Below, piece by piece: positions 1 through 13,671 of a stretch of 64,000 bases of DNA. The DNA lies in the NCBI RefSeq assembly GCF_009914755.1, contig NC_060932.1. The stretch is one strand, 5' to 3'. The notes under the pieces were generated by a model. It did not search any database, had not been told where the DNA came from, and worked only from the letters and a program-made list of their open reading frames with translations. This DNA comes from the human T2T-CHM13v2.0 reference genome, Homo sapiens. The position numbers and the translations under genes were made by a program. Position 1 is the first letter of the stretch; each line of letters begins with the position of its first letter.

Positions 1-244
1 GCGCGATGTTGGCTCACTGCAATCTCTGCCTCCCGGGTTCATGCCATTCTTCTGCCTCAGCCTCCCGAGTAGCTGGGACTACAGGCACCCGCCACCAAGC
101 CCGGCTAATTTTTTTTTGTATTTTTTTAGTAGAGACGGGGTTTCACCGTGTTAACCAGGATGGTCTCGATCTCTGACCTCGTGATCTGCCGGCCTCGGCC
201 TCCCAAAGTGCTGGGATTACAGACATGAGCCACCGCACTGGGCC
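1..244 (-). mobile_element. Alu SINE (partial, cut by window edge)
   Basis: Reverse-complement Alu body (ctcccaaagtgctgggattacag, tttttagtagagacggggtttcacc). Confidence 0.97.
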
Positions 245-277
245 AAATGTCAGCATTCTTAAATAAAGTTTTATTGG

Positions 278-278
<1 letters not shown>

Positions 279-315
<37 letters not shown>
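279..315. repeat. (CA)n microsatellite
   Basis: Perfect CA run. Confidence 0.98.
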
Positions 316-317
<2 letters not shown>

Positions 318-1400
318 GAATATGAGCTCCTGCCCTCACCATCCACCACGCTGCCACCACCTCACTCAGTTGTGTCAGAAGTTCATTAGTTGTTCTCTGT
401 GGGTTCTCTTCAGTTCTCCAGAAGATAAAAGAAGCCCTAAGTGCTCCTACATCCCTTGTAAAGAGGTCCCCAAGGAAATTCTGCCATTTTCCTTCACAGT
501 TAATGGGGCTGCCCTCAGGCGTTGTCATTTGCTACGTCTTCATGGAGATCTACATGGCTTGTCATCCTGCTTGCACAGGCCACTATGAAGCCCTTCGTAG
601 TGAGGATCTTCCACAGGGGCACCACTCCCAGGCATTGCCCAGGCTTGCAAGAACCGCAGGCATTACCCAGGCGTGTAAGAACCTGAGGCTTGTTATCAAG
701 TCATGTCCTCATCCCCTAGGAGGTTTTGGTGTTTTGGCCGGGCCCACTCAGAGTGGCCAGGGTCTCATGCACCTGTGGAAGCTGTAACCACCCATTCCCC
801 AGTGTTCTGCATCTAATTACTGTCCCATGGTAGGTTCCCATGCCTTCCTATTTTACAATTTGTGTACAAAAGTTTCCATGCCCTCCCCATCTGAGGTTTC
901 ATGTGGATTCCCTTCAGAGCCTAAACAACGAAAGCTGGTAACTTAACATCTCAGAAGGTGCAAATGGAAATACCCTCTGCGGGTAGTTACGCAGTAACAC
1001 ACAGATTAATGGAGAGTGGGAGTGTCTAGTGAACTGCAGAGCACACACTCAGTCTAAATAGGTAGGTGTTACTTGTATTCTGCCGATCTCGTTGGTAATA
1101 AATGCCCAGTGTTGCCTAATTCTAATGACTTTTCAAGAGTTGTTGAAAATTTGGATTTTATAAAAGAAAACATGTGAAACACCTTTAATTTCAAATATTG
1201 GTAAATTGACTAATTTATATTTTAAAAATGACACCGTAGATTTTACATTTAGAAACCAAATTTACATTGTGGGTCACAGTTATAACCTCTGGCTAGAATT
1301 TACCAGTACAGTCTGTCCCAGCTAACTCTCCTGGTGTGAAGAGGAAGAAATGGCTTTTGATTCAATTCCAAGGAATATAAAGCAAGAAAAGAAAACAAAT

Positions 1401-1717
<317 letters not shown>

Positions 1718-1785
1718 TTACTTCAATAATCATGTTGCAGAAATTAAGTGATAAATTAATAATATTAATATACAAAATATAGCAC

Positions 1786-1992
1786 AGTGTGCCCTCACTT
1801 AACACCATGGATAGGTTCTTGGAAGCTGTGACTTTAAGTGAAACAATGAACAACAAGTCCTCCAATAATGTTGTCTCCTTCAGTGTTGTTTCATTATAAC
1901 ACTGATGAGAAAAAAATACTGGTTTCATTATATGTCACTTTGCTTAAAGTCGCAGTTTCCAAGGATCTATTGAAGGCATTGAGGACTTACTA
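1786..1992. mobile_element. Tigger-family MITE (MER8-like)
   Basis: Imperfect inverted ends (gataggttcttggaagctgtgactttaag vs cttaaagtcgcagtttccaaggatctatt). Family name from recall. Confidence 0.7.
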
Positions 1993-2889
1993 TAGTTGGC
2001 ACATGTTGAGTGATTAAACAATGCATAAGTTTTATCTGATATCCTTGGGTCTACTTCTAGACCAAGCTTTTGGTTGTGCTTTCGTATTTCTGCACTCTCG
2101 CCATACTCTATTATTGTGGGTTTATATTTGATAGGACACATCTTAGAAATTGCACAGTATATTGTTGAAGGACATTATTTTTACTCACTCATATACATTC
2201 AAATGTTTAGACAGATGAAATGATCATCCAGCTTTTTCATTGGAAGGAGTTTATCTTGCACTTTACAAATGGGGAAACAGTCCCAGAAACATTAAATGGC
2301 TTGCTTAAAGTTTTCCAGTTAGTTGGCGATTGTGTCTGATTAGAAATGATATGGTAGGACTTCCTGTCCAGGTCTTTCGTCTACACTGAGCCTCTGCAAT
2401 TCCCCCGCATCCTATTGGTGCACCTGACATTTTCCCCCTTCAAGTCATTCGTCATGATTAAGGTGTTATTTACAAAAGTAGTCTGTATGCACATTGCTTT
2501 TCAAAGTATTGTGTTAGCATGGTACTCTATATTAGGTTCCCCAAGTTACACTGGGGTGTGGGGAGTGGGGGGAAAAAGAGAAAGGTCTGGGAGTGAGGCG
2601 TCTGGGTTGATGAGCAGTGCCAGGGTGGGCTGGGGAGGCAGAGAGCATGCAGCTCCCTGGTAAATGTACTACTGAGAGGACTGAAAGACAAACTTTACTA
2701 TTTTCTTGACTTTTTCTCTGATCTGCTTTGTCACAGTAGTAAAATCAGGGAGACAAGGAGAAAAGAATGAGTGTTAGAAGCAATTTGCTGGATGCTTCGA
2801 CAAAAGCAGCAACATGAACCCAATTAAAAAGAAAAAGTAAGCATAGAATTTATTTCTATTCTAATAGATCAAAGCTAACTCCAACTTGA

Positions 2890-3570
2890 TTTTTTAAAAT
2901 AAAAAATATGTTGGTAAAGGTGTGTAAAAATTGAAACCCTTGTTCATTGCTGGGGAGAACATAAAATGATGCAGTTGCTCTGGGAAACACTATGGTGTTT
3001 CCTCAAAAATTAAACATTGAATTATTATATGATCCAGCAATTCCACTCCTGGTTATACACCTCAAATAATTGAAAGCAGGAACTCAAACAGATATTTGTG
3101 CACCCATGTTCCTAGCATCTTTCTTTACAATTGCCAAGTGGTAGAAAGAACCCAAATGTCCATCAACAGATGAATGAATAAACAAAATGTGGTGAATACA
3201 TACAATGAGGTATGAAAAAAAATGGAATTTGGATATATGCCACAACCTAAGTGAAACTTGAAGACATTATGCCAAGTGAAAAAGCCAGACATAAAATAAC
3301 AAATATTCTATGACTCCATTTACTTGAGGTATCTAAGGTAGTCAAATTCACAGAGACTGAAAATGAATGGGGGGTGCCAGGGACTGAAGGGAATGAGGAT
3401 GAAAGGTCATCCTTTAATGGGTATAGAGTTTCAATTTGGGATTCTGGAGAGATTGGTGGTTATGGTTGCACAACAATGTGAATGGACTTAATGTCATTAA
3501 ATTCAACACCTAAAATGGTTAAAATGGCAAATTTTATGTTTTGTGTTAATATATTTTAGCATAAAAAAAA
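2890..3570 (+). mobile_element. L1 (L1MB-like) 3' end fragment
   Basis: gatccagcaattccactcctgg, aacccaaatgtccatcaacagatgaatg and A-rich end match the L1 ORF2 end and 3'UTR. Confidence 0.9.
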
Positions 3571-4544
3571 TTATTTGTTTTCCCTCCCCCTAAGTAAAAT
3601 TCTAAATCTTTGAGTATCATAGGCTTCTAGTTTGCATTTAATTTGCCTTTGTTTATTGGAGCATACTAGAAACTCAGGACTACATGTACTAATTTAACCT
3701 ATTCCTCCTTTACAAGGAGGAATTGGGGCCTAGGTTTTGTAGTCCACTTTCAGTGGACACTTTTGGGGGAATATAATATAAAAAATATGTGTTACAGTAA
3801 TAATCTCATTATAATAATGTAGCAGTTCACCAACCTAAGTAAGAAATAAATGTAAATTTATTTTTCTATAACTAAATTTTACTTTTGTATGCTAATATTC
3901 TGGGGTCTATAAAAACTTAATTTCAACTTCCTTGGTCTTCTATTTTTCTCTCTGATTCCATCATATTTCTGGGAGACTTAAACTATGCCAAAGACCTGGA
4001 AGGAGGGGCGACATTTGGTCTTAGCTGCCATCTGTCCATGATTGTATCCACTGAGGTGTCATTGAACCCACCTGGTCCTTGGCCAATGGTCTATAAAAGT
4101 CACTGCTGAGTCATCCTCTGCCCCTGCTCTCCAGGCCTCCTCAGGTTCAGGCTGCTGTTGCTGGTCTTTTGCTAGCCCTCGAGCAGGCACACAGTCATCC
4201 ACTTCCAAGCCACTCCAGGACCCTGGCAACCTGTGAGGCTGGCCATTCCTGGGCACAAGGCTCTGTTTACCTAGACACACCTTTATAGGACTCAGGCTGG
4301 ATGGTGAGATCAGGCCACCTCCACCTCACAATGTTACATGGGGTTCAAACACCTCTTAGTGTGACATACAGGAAAAGTGGTGTGGAGTCATGGGCATGAT
4401 GTTTACTTCTCTCTGCCCTCTTTGATTTTGTTAAGCCCTTTATTTCTACCATGAAATATCTGCCTGGGAGACCTAAGAAGTGACACATGAGATAGGCAAG
4501 AATGTTACCCAGTACTGAAGCATATGAAATCCTTCTCAGACAGG

Positions 4545-4639
4545 CTGGGGCAAATAACACCTACACCCTGGGTTAGAAGTAACTTGTTTGTTGAGATAGA
4601 GAGGGATAAACGTGGCAAAATGATAGTTTTGAAATATTG
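4545..4639 (+). repeat. Donor of 95-bp local duplication (copy at 9095-9189)
   Basis: Ungapped match, offset 4550, 92/95 identical. Confidence 0.97.
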
Positions 4640-4799
4640 TCCTCACTTATCCCAATCTTTAGCTAGAATATTCCAAGTTTGCTTTCTTAGAAACATCAGA
4701 AGAAAATCAGAAAGAATCTGAAAGAAAAATAAAAGAGAATTAATTCTTTTTTTTTTTAAAAAAAGAGTAAATTCTTAGTGTTTGAGTGTCAAGGGCTAG

Positions 4800-4990
4800 A
4801 CCTGCACTGTCCAACATGGTAGCTACCAGCCTATAGCAAGTAACTATTTAAACTTAAATTAATTAATAGTAAATAAAATGAAAAAGCCAGTTTCTTATTT
4901 GCACTAGCCACATTTAAAGTGCTTGATAGATAAATGTGGCTAGGCTACTGTATTGTATGGCTCAGAATTACAGATCATTTTTACTATGGC
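4800..4990. mobile_element. hAT-Charlie MITE (MER3/MER33-like)
   Basis: ctgcactgtccaacatggtagc ... cactagccacatttaaagtgct ... atgtggctag resembles MER3/MER33. Confidence 0.7.
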
Positions 4991-7439
4991 TGAAATTGGG
5001 TAGTGCCAAGCTAGACCATGATACGTAATGAGTAAAAGCCAAGCTTTTCAGCCTTTGGGATTTGAAAGGATTTCCTTGGCTGGGAAAAGAAAAATGGATG
5101 GAGGGAATATAAGAAAGGAAAGAGGATGGTGGGCCATCTGGTAAGGGTGGAGTCCACATCTGGAGGGACCCAGTCTCTATTGGGGAATGCTACTCACTGA
5201 AGCCAGCTAGGAGCTATGGAGGAGCTGAGTATTGTCTGGAAGCCATCTAGTCTCCAGTCAAGTTTTCATCATACAGAGCCCACCTTGAGGAAAAGTGTTA
5301 GATGTTTTTCCCCATGTCATGAGTCATGGGACGGTTCGTTTGCTCATGTCTGGATTCAATGCACTGACAGGGTCTATTTGAAGTGTGATGTTGTGGGCGC
5401 AGGGGATAATGGTGTAAATTAAGAGGATGGTAGGCAAGTTGCTCAGTGCTGTTTCTTTAAAAGAGCCCAACAAAGTCATGGTCAACTCTAGAAGATTCAG
5501 CATGTCACTGTCCAGAATTATTTTCCAGAGGTTCCCAGAGGGTCCCAGTTAGTTGACTAGCCATTATTGCATCTGAGGATTGTGGGGATAAAAGGTAAAG
5601 ATGCAAGTGGTTGGTGGATATACTGTTGGGAGAGTGTCTGTCCATCTTAAGCTCTGCCCTAGTCAATTCTCTTGAGTTGTAATTTTCCTGGATTTTAAAG
5701 TGGGGCTCAAAATGGATCTCAGATTGTCCCTAGAAGACTCCTGATTTCCTTGACCCACATTTATCTGGCCTCCTCTTTCCCTTTTCCAAGAGACCCACTA
5801 CCTAGTTTTAACAAATGTTAGATTGTAATCTTCACAAAGCCAGAACTGCTCCCTGTCCCCTTTGTCCCATTGCCATCAGCTCAGTGCCATTCACCAGGTC
5901 CAGTGGATGCAAGGGCAGAAAGGATGCAGGTAGGCAAGAGTGAAATATCAACCTGGGCCAGCTGGTCAAGGACAAAACAAACAAGCCAGCAAAATATCCA
6001 AGAACTGATGTTATTGTCTATGAATTATTTACAGCTGAATGGAAAGGTTGCATATAACAGTTTTTGAATGTTTTCAGATAGGAATTATTGTGAACTTGGC
6101 TTCTCATTCATCTTTGTCAGAACTGACCCAAAATTGTTTTGTGAAGTGAATTTCATCTTTGGCAATGGTCTTTCTTTGCACTATTTTCAAGTTGTGTTTT
6201 TATATTTAGGAACTTGTCCTCATTAAGCTCATCAACTTCGACCCAAAGATATCACTGTATCGACAGTTAAAGAGCACAAGTCTGGACATTAACCAGAAAC
6301 ATGTAATGTCCATGCTCAAACTGGACGCAGCTATGGAGCCACCTAGTCCTCGTTAATGTATAAATGAGAAAAAAAGTCCATCCCAAATGTTGTAACTAGC
6401 CTGTTTCTTGTTCCAAGCAATAGAAAAATCACTCTGGCTCAAAATTTAAAGTGGAATTTATTTAAGTAATACTAGGGTAGCTCATGTAAGTGGAGAAACA
6501 GCTGAAAAAACAAGCTACAGGAAGGACAGGAACCAGAGAAGCTTGTGAGACTTCAGCATCAGAAACGATAGGAATTTCTCTCTAGGGTGCTGCTGTATGA
6601 TGATTCAGCTCCCACACCCTGAAGACTCTGTATGTCTGTTCAAAATTGAAATTCAGGGAGGAGAGTTTTGTTGACTTGCTTGAGTCAGGCATCTCTATCC
6701 TTGGATTAGTGAACTGCAGCCAGTGGACATTGGGAGGTGTGTGTAGGTGGGCATGGCCAAAGAGGGACCCATGGGCCAACACCTAAATTATGTCTAATAC
6801 TCTGATATGCTAGGTTATGCCCTCTGTTCCTCTTTGCTCCTGCAGATTCATTTCCATCCTTCTCTTCTCACTCTGTGTCACAGGAAGTCGACCACTACAG
6901 ACTACATCACTTACTCATCTGTGCCAACTCTTCTGGCACCAACAGGAAAATCAGAGGGTAAAGAGAAGAGAGACATCAAGATATTTCTTTCCCACCTTCT
7001 CCTGGCTGTAGGGCTGCTTCACTGGGAGCAAGTGCCTTCCTCCACAGCCACAGCTCCACTGGCAAAGCCATGTCCCTTTGGCTGCAGGAGTTTTAACAAC
7101 ATCCTAATACCGCTAGATTTTGGGTGCCAAAACACCCTTCTTATTTTGCTCTTATCCCTTCCCACATCTTTATACATAGCTTTTTTCTTAAAGTCTATTT
7201 GTTTAAACCATCTGGGTGAATTCTGGTTTATTCCAGAGGCCTGACAAGTAGAACCCCACTACACCATAATAAAAGAGAGTTGTGTACCTGACCAACACTA
7301 TATTGACCTTTGTAGAACTGTAGAGTTTTGTTGTAAGAACATGTACCCCACTTAGGGGAATGTATAAGATTCAATGTTATTAGATAAATACTTACCTGTT
7401 TTGCTATTATCATGTTGTTGGGATGTACAGGGAGCATGA

Positions 7440-7905
7440 TTCTGCTTGGTCAGGATTCCTTTAAGGAACCACCCATCTCCGATTCCAAGTCCATGTGGTT
7501 TGGATGCCATGAATTCCACCCTACCACCAGGAGACACAGAACTTTTCCTGGACAGAAGCTGTGGTGGAAGCTGGGATTTTTTTTTTAAAAAAAGGGAATC
7601 TATTCTTCTTGGAGTTGCTAATCTGGTAGAATTTACACCCGGAACTGCTGGTGGTCACTGTCACTTCTGAGTGGGGAGTCTTTTTGCAAATGGGGCCACA
7701 CAAAGGAAAGGTTGCACTGAGATCTGGGGAGAGATTCCTGACAACACTGTGTGAGCGCCTGGACCGGCAACACCTGAAATCATAGATTAAGAACTTAACT
7801 TTTTAATTTTCTTAGCTTACACATTTTTAGTTATATGAGTCAATAAGTTCCCTTTTATGCTTAAGCCAGTTATCATTTGCAACTGAAAGAGTACTGACCA
7901 CTACA
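7440..7905 (+). mobile_element. Ancient ERVL-class solo LTR (LTR16-like); its 3' half is repeated at 17977-18200
   Basis: 3' end aataagttcccttttatgcttaagccagtt...tgcaactgaaagagtactgacc is typical of LTR16/MLT1-class ends. Confidence 0.55.
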
Positions 7906-7936
7906 ACATATTAAACTTTATGTCTTTTTTTAAAAG
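7694..7936 (+). repeat. Left copy of ~240-bp direct repeat flanking HERV-L
   Basis: Aligns to 17977-18231 at ~90% identity plus one ~16-bp indel. Confidence 0.95.
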
Positions 7937-8401
7937 ATGGCCCACTGTGAACGAGCTGGAAATGCCTGATCTCCCTTGGTTTAATGGAGAGGAAGGGATC
8001 CAAAGGCTTAGGGAGATTGAAATGGTGGAGTGAATTAGTCACTTTACACCTACTCATCCCAGCTGGGAGAGTACAGAAGATATACCCTCGATCAATGTTT
8101 TGCAAAATAGATTTGTGAGGGCAGCACCTGCATCTTTGAAGAGCCCTGTAATTGCTCTTCTCTGTATGTCACATCTAATCGTGGGAACCGCAACTACTCA
8201 ACTACAAAATATAAATACAACAGGAATAATTGGATCGCAAGGTGACAGGGGCCAATTGGTGGCACTCAATCATCAAAGGCAAGGTGGGCGTAGCTACCGT
8301 AGTGGACAGCAGAAGCAAAGCAGCAATCAGAATAGTCTGACTCATATACAGCTATGGCATTGGCTAATTAATCACATTGTTCCTAGCAGTGAAATTGATA
8401 G

Positions 8402-8771
<370 letters not shown>

Positions 8772-8999
8772 CATTCCTATAATTTATATAAGCAGAAAAA
8801 TTCCAGGTCGAATGGACAAAAGACTAATTTGAATTATAAAAACAGAGAATCATGGCCCCTCAATCAGTTTCCAGACTTGAGCCAGTTTAAAACCCAGAAC
8901 CCCTGGAATGAAGGGGAGGCCGGGTCCCCTTGAGGAATGAACCCACTATACTACTGATAATTTATGCGGTTAATTTTTCTCCCATCCTTCCCCAAGGAG

Positions 9000-11267
9000 A
9001 CCTCCAGCCTCTTACCAGGGTAACTGTGCACTAGAGTAAGGGAAATGATCAGATATTTTAGGGACTACTGGACACTGGCTCTGAGCTGATGTTGCTGGGG
9101 CAAATAACACCTACACCCTGGGTTAGAAGTAACTTGTTTTTTGAGATAGAGAGGGATAAATGTGGCAAAATGATAGTTTTGAAACATTGATTCTAGGGGA
9201 CCCAAAACGTCATTGTGGTCCTCCAGGTAAAGTAGGGGATTATGGAGGTCAGGTGATTAATGGAGTTTTAGCTCAGGTCCGACTTACAGTGGGTCCAGTG
9301 AGTCCCCGGACTCATCCTGTAGTCATTTCCCCAGGGCCAGAATGTATAATTGCCAGAGACATACTTAGCAGCTGGCAGAACCCCCACATTGGCTCCCTGA
9401 CTGGTAGAGTGAGGGCTATTATGGTGGGAAAGGCCACATGGAAGCCATTAGAGCTGCTGCCTCTACCTAGGAAAATAGTAAGTCAAAAACAATATTGCAT
9501 CCCTAGAGGGATTGCAGAGATTAGTGCCACCATCAAGGACTTGAAATACACAGGGATGGTGATTCCCACCACATCCCTGTTCAACTTTCCCATTTGGCCT
9601 GTGCAGAAGACAGATGGATCTTGGAGAATGACAGTAGATTATCATAAGCTTAACCAAGTGGTGACTCTAACTGCAGCTGCTGTACCAGATGTGGTTTCAT
9701 TGCTTGAGCAAACTAACACATCTCCTGGCACCTGGTATGCAGCCATTGATTTGACAAATGCCTTTTTCTCCATTCCTGTCCATAAGGCCCACCAGAAGCA
9801 ATTTGCCTTCAGCTGGTAAGGCCGGCAATTTACCTTTACTGTCCTTCCTCAGGCGTATATTGACTCTCCAGCTTTGTGTCTCAATCTTATTCAGAGAGAC
9901 CTCAATCGCTTTTCACTTCCACAAGATATCACACTGGTCCATTACATTGATGACATTATGCTGATTGGATCCAGTGAGCAAGAAGTAGCAAACACACTGG
10001 ACTTATTGGGGAGACATTTGCATGCCAGAGGATGGGAAATAAATCCAACTAAAATTCAGGGAACTTCTACCTAAATAAAATTTCTAGGGGTCCAGTGGTG
10101 TGGGGCTTGTCGAGATATTCCTTCTAAGGTGAAGGATAAGTTACTGCATTTGGCCTCTCCTATGACCAAGAAAGAGGCACAATGCCTAGTGGGCCTATTT
10201 GGATTTTGGAGGTAACACATTCCTCATTTGGGTGTGTTACTCTGACCCATTTATCAAATGACCTGAAAGGCTTCCAGTTTTGAGTGGGGTCTCGAACAGG
10301 AGAAGGCTCTGCAACTGGTCCAGGATGCTGTGCAAGCTGCTTTGCTACTTGGGCCATATGACCCAGCAGATCCAGTGGTGCTTGAGGTGTCAGTGGCAGA
10401 TAGGGATGCTGTTTGGAGCCTTTGGCAGACCTCCATAGGTGAATCACAGCGGAGGCCTCTAGGATTTTGAAGCAAGGCCCTGTCATCTTCTGCAGATAAC
10501 TACTCTCCTTTTGAGAGACAGCTCTCGGCCTGTTACTGGACTTTGGTGGAAACTGAACGTTTGACTATGGGTCATCAAGTCACCATGTGACCTGAACTGT
10601 CTATCATGAACTGGGTGCTTTCTGACCCATCTAGCCATAAAGTGGGTCATGCACAGCAGCATTCCATCATCAAATGGAAGTGATACATACATGATCAGTC
10701 TGGAGCAGGTCCTGAGGGCACAAGTCAGTTACATGAGGAACTGGCTCAAATGTCCATGGTCTCCATGCCTCCCACCCTGCCTTCTGTCGCCCAGCCTGCA
10801 CTGATGGCCTCATGGGGAGTTTCCTATGATCAGTTGACAGAGGAAGAGAAGACTAAGGTGTGGTTCACAAATGGTTCTGCACGATATGCAGGCACCACCC
10901 GAAAGTGGACAGCTGCAGCACTACAGCCCCTTTATAAGACATCCTTGAAGGACAGCAGTGAAGGGAAATCTTCCCAGTGGGCAGAATTTTGAGCAGTGCA
11001 CCTGGTTGTGCACTTTGCATGGAAGGAGAAATTGCCAGATGTGTGATTATATGCTGATTCATGGGCTGTAGTCAATGATTTGTCTGGATGGTCAGGGACT
11101 TGGAAGAAGCATGATTGGAAAATCAGTTACAAAAAAATTTGGGGAAGAGGTATGTAGATGGACCTCTCTGAGTGGTCAAAAACTGTGCAGATATTTGTAT
11201 CCCATGTGAGTGCTCACCAACAGGTGACCTCAGCAGAGGAGGATTTTAATAATCAAGTGGATAAGAT
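9000..11267 (+). pseudogene. pol: HERV-L pro-pol (PR, RT, RNase H), multiple stops and frameshifts
   Basis: gacactggctctgag = DTGSE at 9071-9085; ORF pieces 9160-9819, 9874-10074 (YIDD) and 10750-10992. Confidence 0.93.
9095..9189 (+). repeat. 95-bp templated insertion in HERV-L protease
   Basis: Copy of 4545-4639; removing it joins DTGSELML to ILGDPKRHC. Confidence 0.95.
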
Positions 11268-12019
11268 TGATACAGAGAGCTCCACCCCTGGGCCTGTGCC
11301 CACAGACCTAGGTGAGGACCGGCACTCCTGCCTTTGCACCTAAATGTTGCATTTCCCAAGGCCACCCTGGCCCACCATGCCCCCATCCTGTGTCTACAAA
11401 AACCCTCGAGACCCTAGCAGGCAGTCACACAAGTGGCTGCTTGTTGAGAGGAGCACATCAGCGGAGGAACACATGGGCAGCTGGATATCAAGAGGAAAAC
11501 ACTGGTGTAGGAGATGCTGGCATGCCAGCAGGCCATCAACTGGTGGAATGAGGTGGAGTTTGGCCAGGGGAGTTGGAGGAGAGCCCAGGCCACCAAGCAG
11601 CCCGACCCCAAGGGAAAACCATCTCCCTTCTGGCTCCCCCATCTGCTGAGAGCTACTTCCACTCAATAAAACCTTGCATTGATTCTCCAAGCCCATGTGT
11701 GATCCGATTCTTCTGGTACACCAAGGCAAGAACCCTGGGATACAGAAAGCCCTCTGTCCTTGTAATAAGGCAGAGGATCTAATTGAGCTAACACAAGCCA
11801 CCCATGGACAACTAAATTAAAAGAGCACCCTGTAACACACGCCTACTGGGGCTTAAGAGGCTGTAGACATTCACTCCTAGACACTGCTGTGGGGTCGGAG
11901 CCCCACAGCCTGCCTGTCTGTATGCTCCCTAAGAGATTCGAGCAGTGGGGCACTGAAGAAGTGAGCCACACCCCCATCACATTCCCTGTGAGGGAGACAA
12001 GGGAACTTTTCCCATTTCA
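11268..12019 (+). mobile_element. 5' LTR of nested ERV1
   Basis: tgatac...catttca; AATAAA at 11665-11670; homologous to 15385-15935. Confidence 0.92.
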
Positions 12020-12021
12020 AC

Positions 12022-12054
12022 TGGGGACCGCGCCTGGATCCTAGAAGGTGAGTA
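12022..12054 (+). promoter_or_regulatory. Degenerate primer-binding site (tRNA-Pro-like) and major splice donor
   Basis: tggggaccgcgcctggat 2 nt after the LTR, followed by AAG|GTGAGT. Confidence 0.7.
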
Positions 12055-12151
12055 TGAACGAATGTAAAACTGTGGGGTCTGCCTCTCTCTTCCAAAACCC
12101 TGCCATCTCTCTCTATTTCTTGTGGGTAAGAAGCTCTGTCTTCCTTCACAG

Positions 12152-12405
12152 AATTTTTTTTTTTTCCAGACGCAGTTTCACTCTTGTTACCCAGGCTGTA
12201 GTGCAATAGCACAATCTCGGCTCACCTCAACCTCCGCCTCTCGGGTTCAAGTGATTCTTCTGTCTCAGCCTCCCAAGCAGCTGGGATTACAGGCATGCAC
12301 CACCACGCCCAGCTAATTTTGTATTTTTAGTAGAGATGGGTTTCTCCATGTTGGTCAGGCTGGTCTCGAACTCCCGATCTCAGGTGATCCGCTGGCCTCT
12401 GCCTC
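12152..12405 (-). mobile_element. Alu (5'-truncated) in ERV1 leader
   Basis: Poly-T then reverse-complement Alu lacking its first ~40 nt. Confidence 0.95.
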
Positions 12406-12823
12406 TGCCCTAACTGGGATGGTCAAAACCCCCCGAGTTTGTCTCTTTTCTCATGGTTTGAAGTGGCTCTTATCTCTTCCTTTATAATGTTAAGAGTTTT
12501 GCTACAGGCTGCGGCAAAGTTACTAAGTAAAACGAGCATCTGGCCCAGGCTCCAAAGGTACATATCAGACCAACTGTTCCTAGAGTTGCCATATATGCCT
12601 CCACCTCCACAGCCGCAAGCACGCACGGCTCAGGGCACCTCTCCTTATCCTTTCCCCTCCCAGCTCGTGTGCCTGGGCATGCCCACAGCAGACAAAGGCT
12701 GAGCCCAGCAGCCATGGAGGGATGGGAGACCAGGAGAAAGCCGCAGTGGTAGCCATGACCCCACAGGGCTAATGGACAAATGAATATTTCTCGCCTGCTG
12801 TGCCAATGGAACCTTTCCTCCCC

Positions 12824-12968
12824 TGGGTATTGATGTGGTATGTACCCATGAAGCAGGGAAAACCTGGAGAATAGGAATTAACCAGGGAGGTGGTTTTCCC
12901 TTGGGGTCGGGCTGCTTGGTGGCCTGGGCTCTCCTCCAACTCCCCTGGCCAAACTCCACCTCATTCCA
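12824..12968 (-). repeat. Composite inverted templated insertion (donors 13464-13524 and 11544-11628)
   Basis: Reverse-complement matches of 59/61 and 84/85, sharing one base at 12884. Confidence 0.95.
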
Positions 12969-13671
12969 AAGAATTCAACCCCGTCTGAACCGGGGGAAAG
13001 ATGTAAGGATTAGAAAAGCCCAGTTACACTAAGCAAGGGTTTCTTCCCCAGAATCTGCCTGTTTTGCCACTTAAGCTGTTATTCTCTTTTTCCTTTTCAA
13101 AGTGAGAGGGCTCCCCACTTCCAACTCTGTTTCTGATAGGGAAGTTAACAGAGGAGTGACCCCTGCTGGCTGATAACTGCAAATTGGGCAGGGCACATTT
13201 GAGACACTCTAAACACATAAAAACAGCCTCTAAAATATCTTTTCAGTCCCAAACTCAATTCCAAGCTTCAGGCTCAGGCCCTAGAAAGGAAAACGAGGTC
13301 TGAAGGATCGAAAGACAGGCAACAGGCACAATGTAAATGAGCAGGACAAATTTCTGCCAACCGAATCCCACCCCACAGAAGGAGGCCATGCTTCATGGCA
13401 TAAACAGGCCCAGGGCACTCAAAGTTTGCTGATACCAGGGAGAAATGAAGGCATAGGTGAGGGTGGTTAATTCCTATTCTCCAGGTTTTCCCTGCTTCAT
13501 GGGTGCATACCACATCGATACCCATGGCTGGCACCTGCCAAGGTCACCAGGGCTGAGGGATAAGTGGTGGGGAGTGAAGGGAGGATGCTTGCTTTCTCTC
13601 TCCATCTCACCCGGAGTTTTCTCTGAGAGAAGGAAGGGAATGAGGGACGTCTCTATCCTCTGTCTTTCAGA

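Noticed and set aside
4083-4113. CCAAT, TATAAAA and TGAGTCA cluster as a promoter
   Set aside because: CCAAT-TATA spacing of 4 nt is non-canonical, there is no CpG island, and short motifs arise by chance.
9160-9819. 219-aa protease/RT ORF as a functional gene
   Set aside because: The start lies inside the 95-bp insertion, the catalytic DTG is excluded, and it stops before YIDD.
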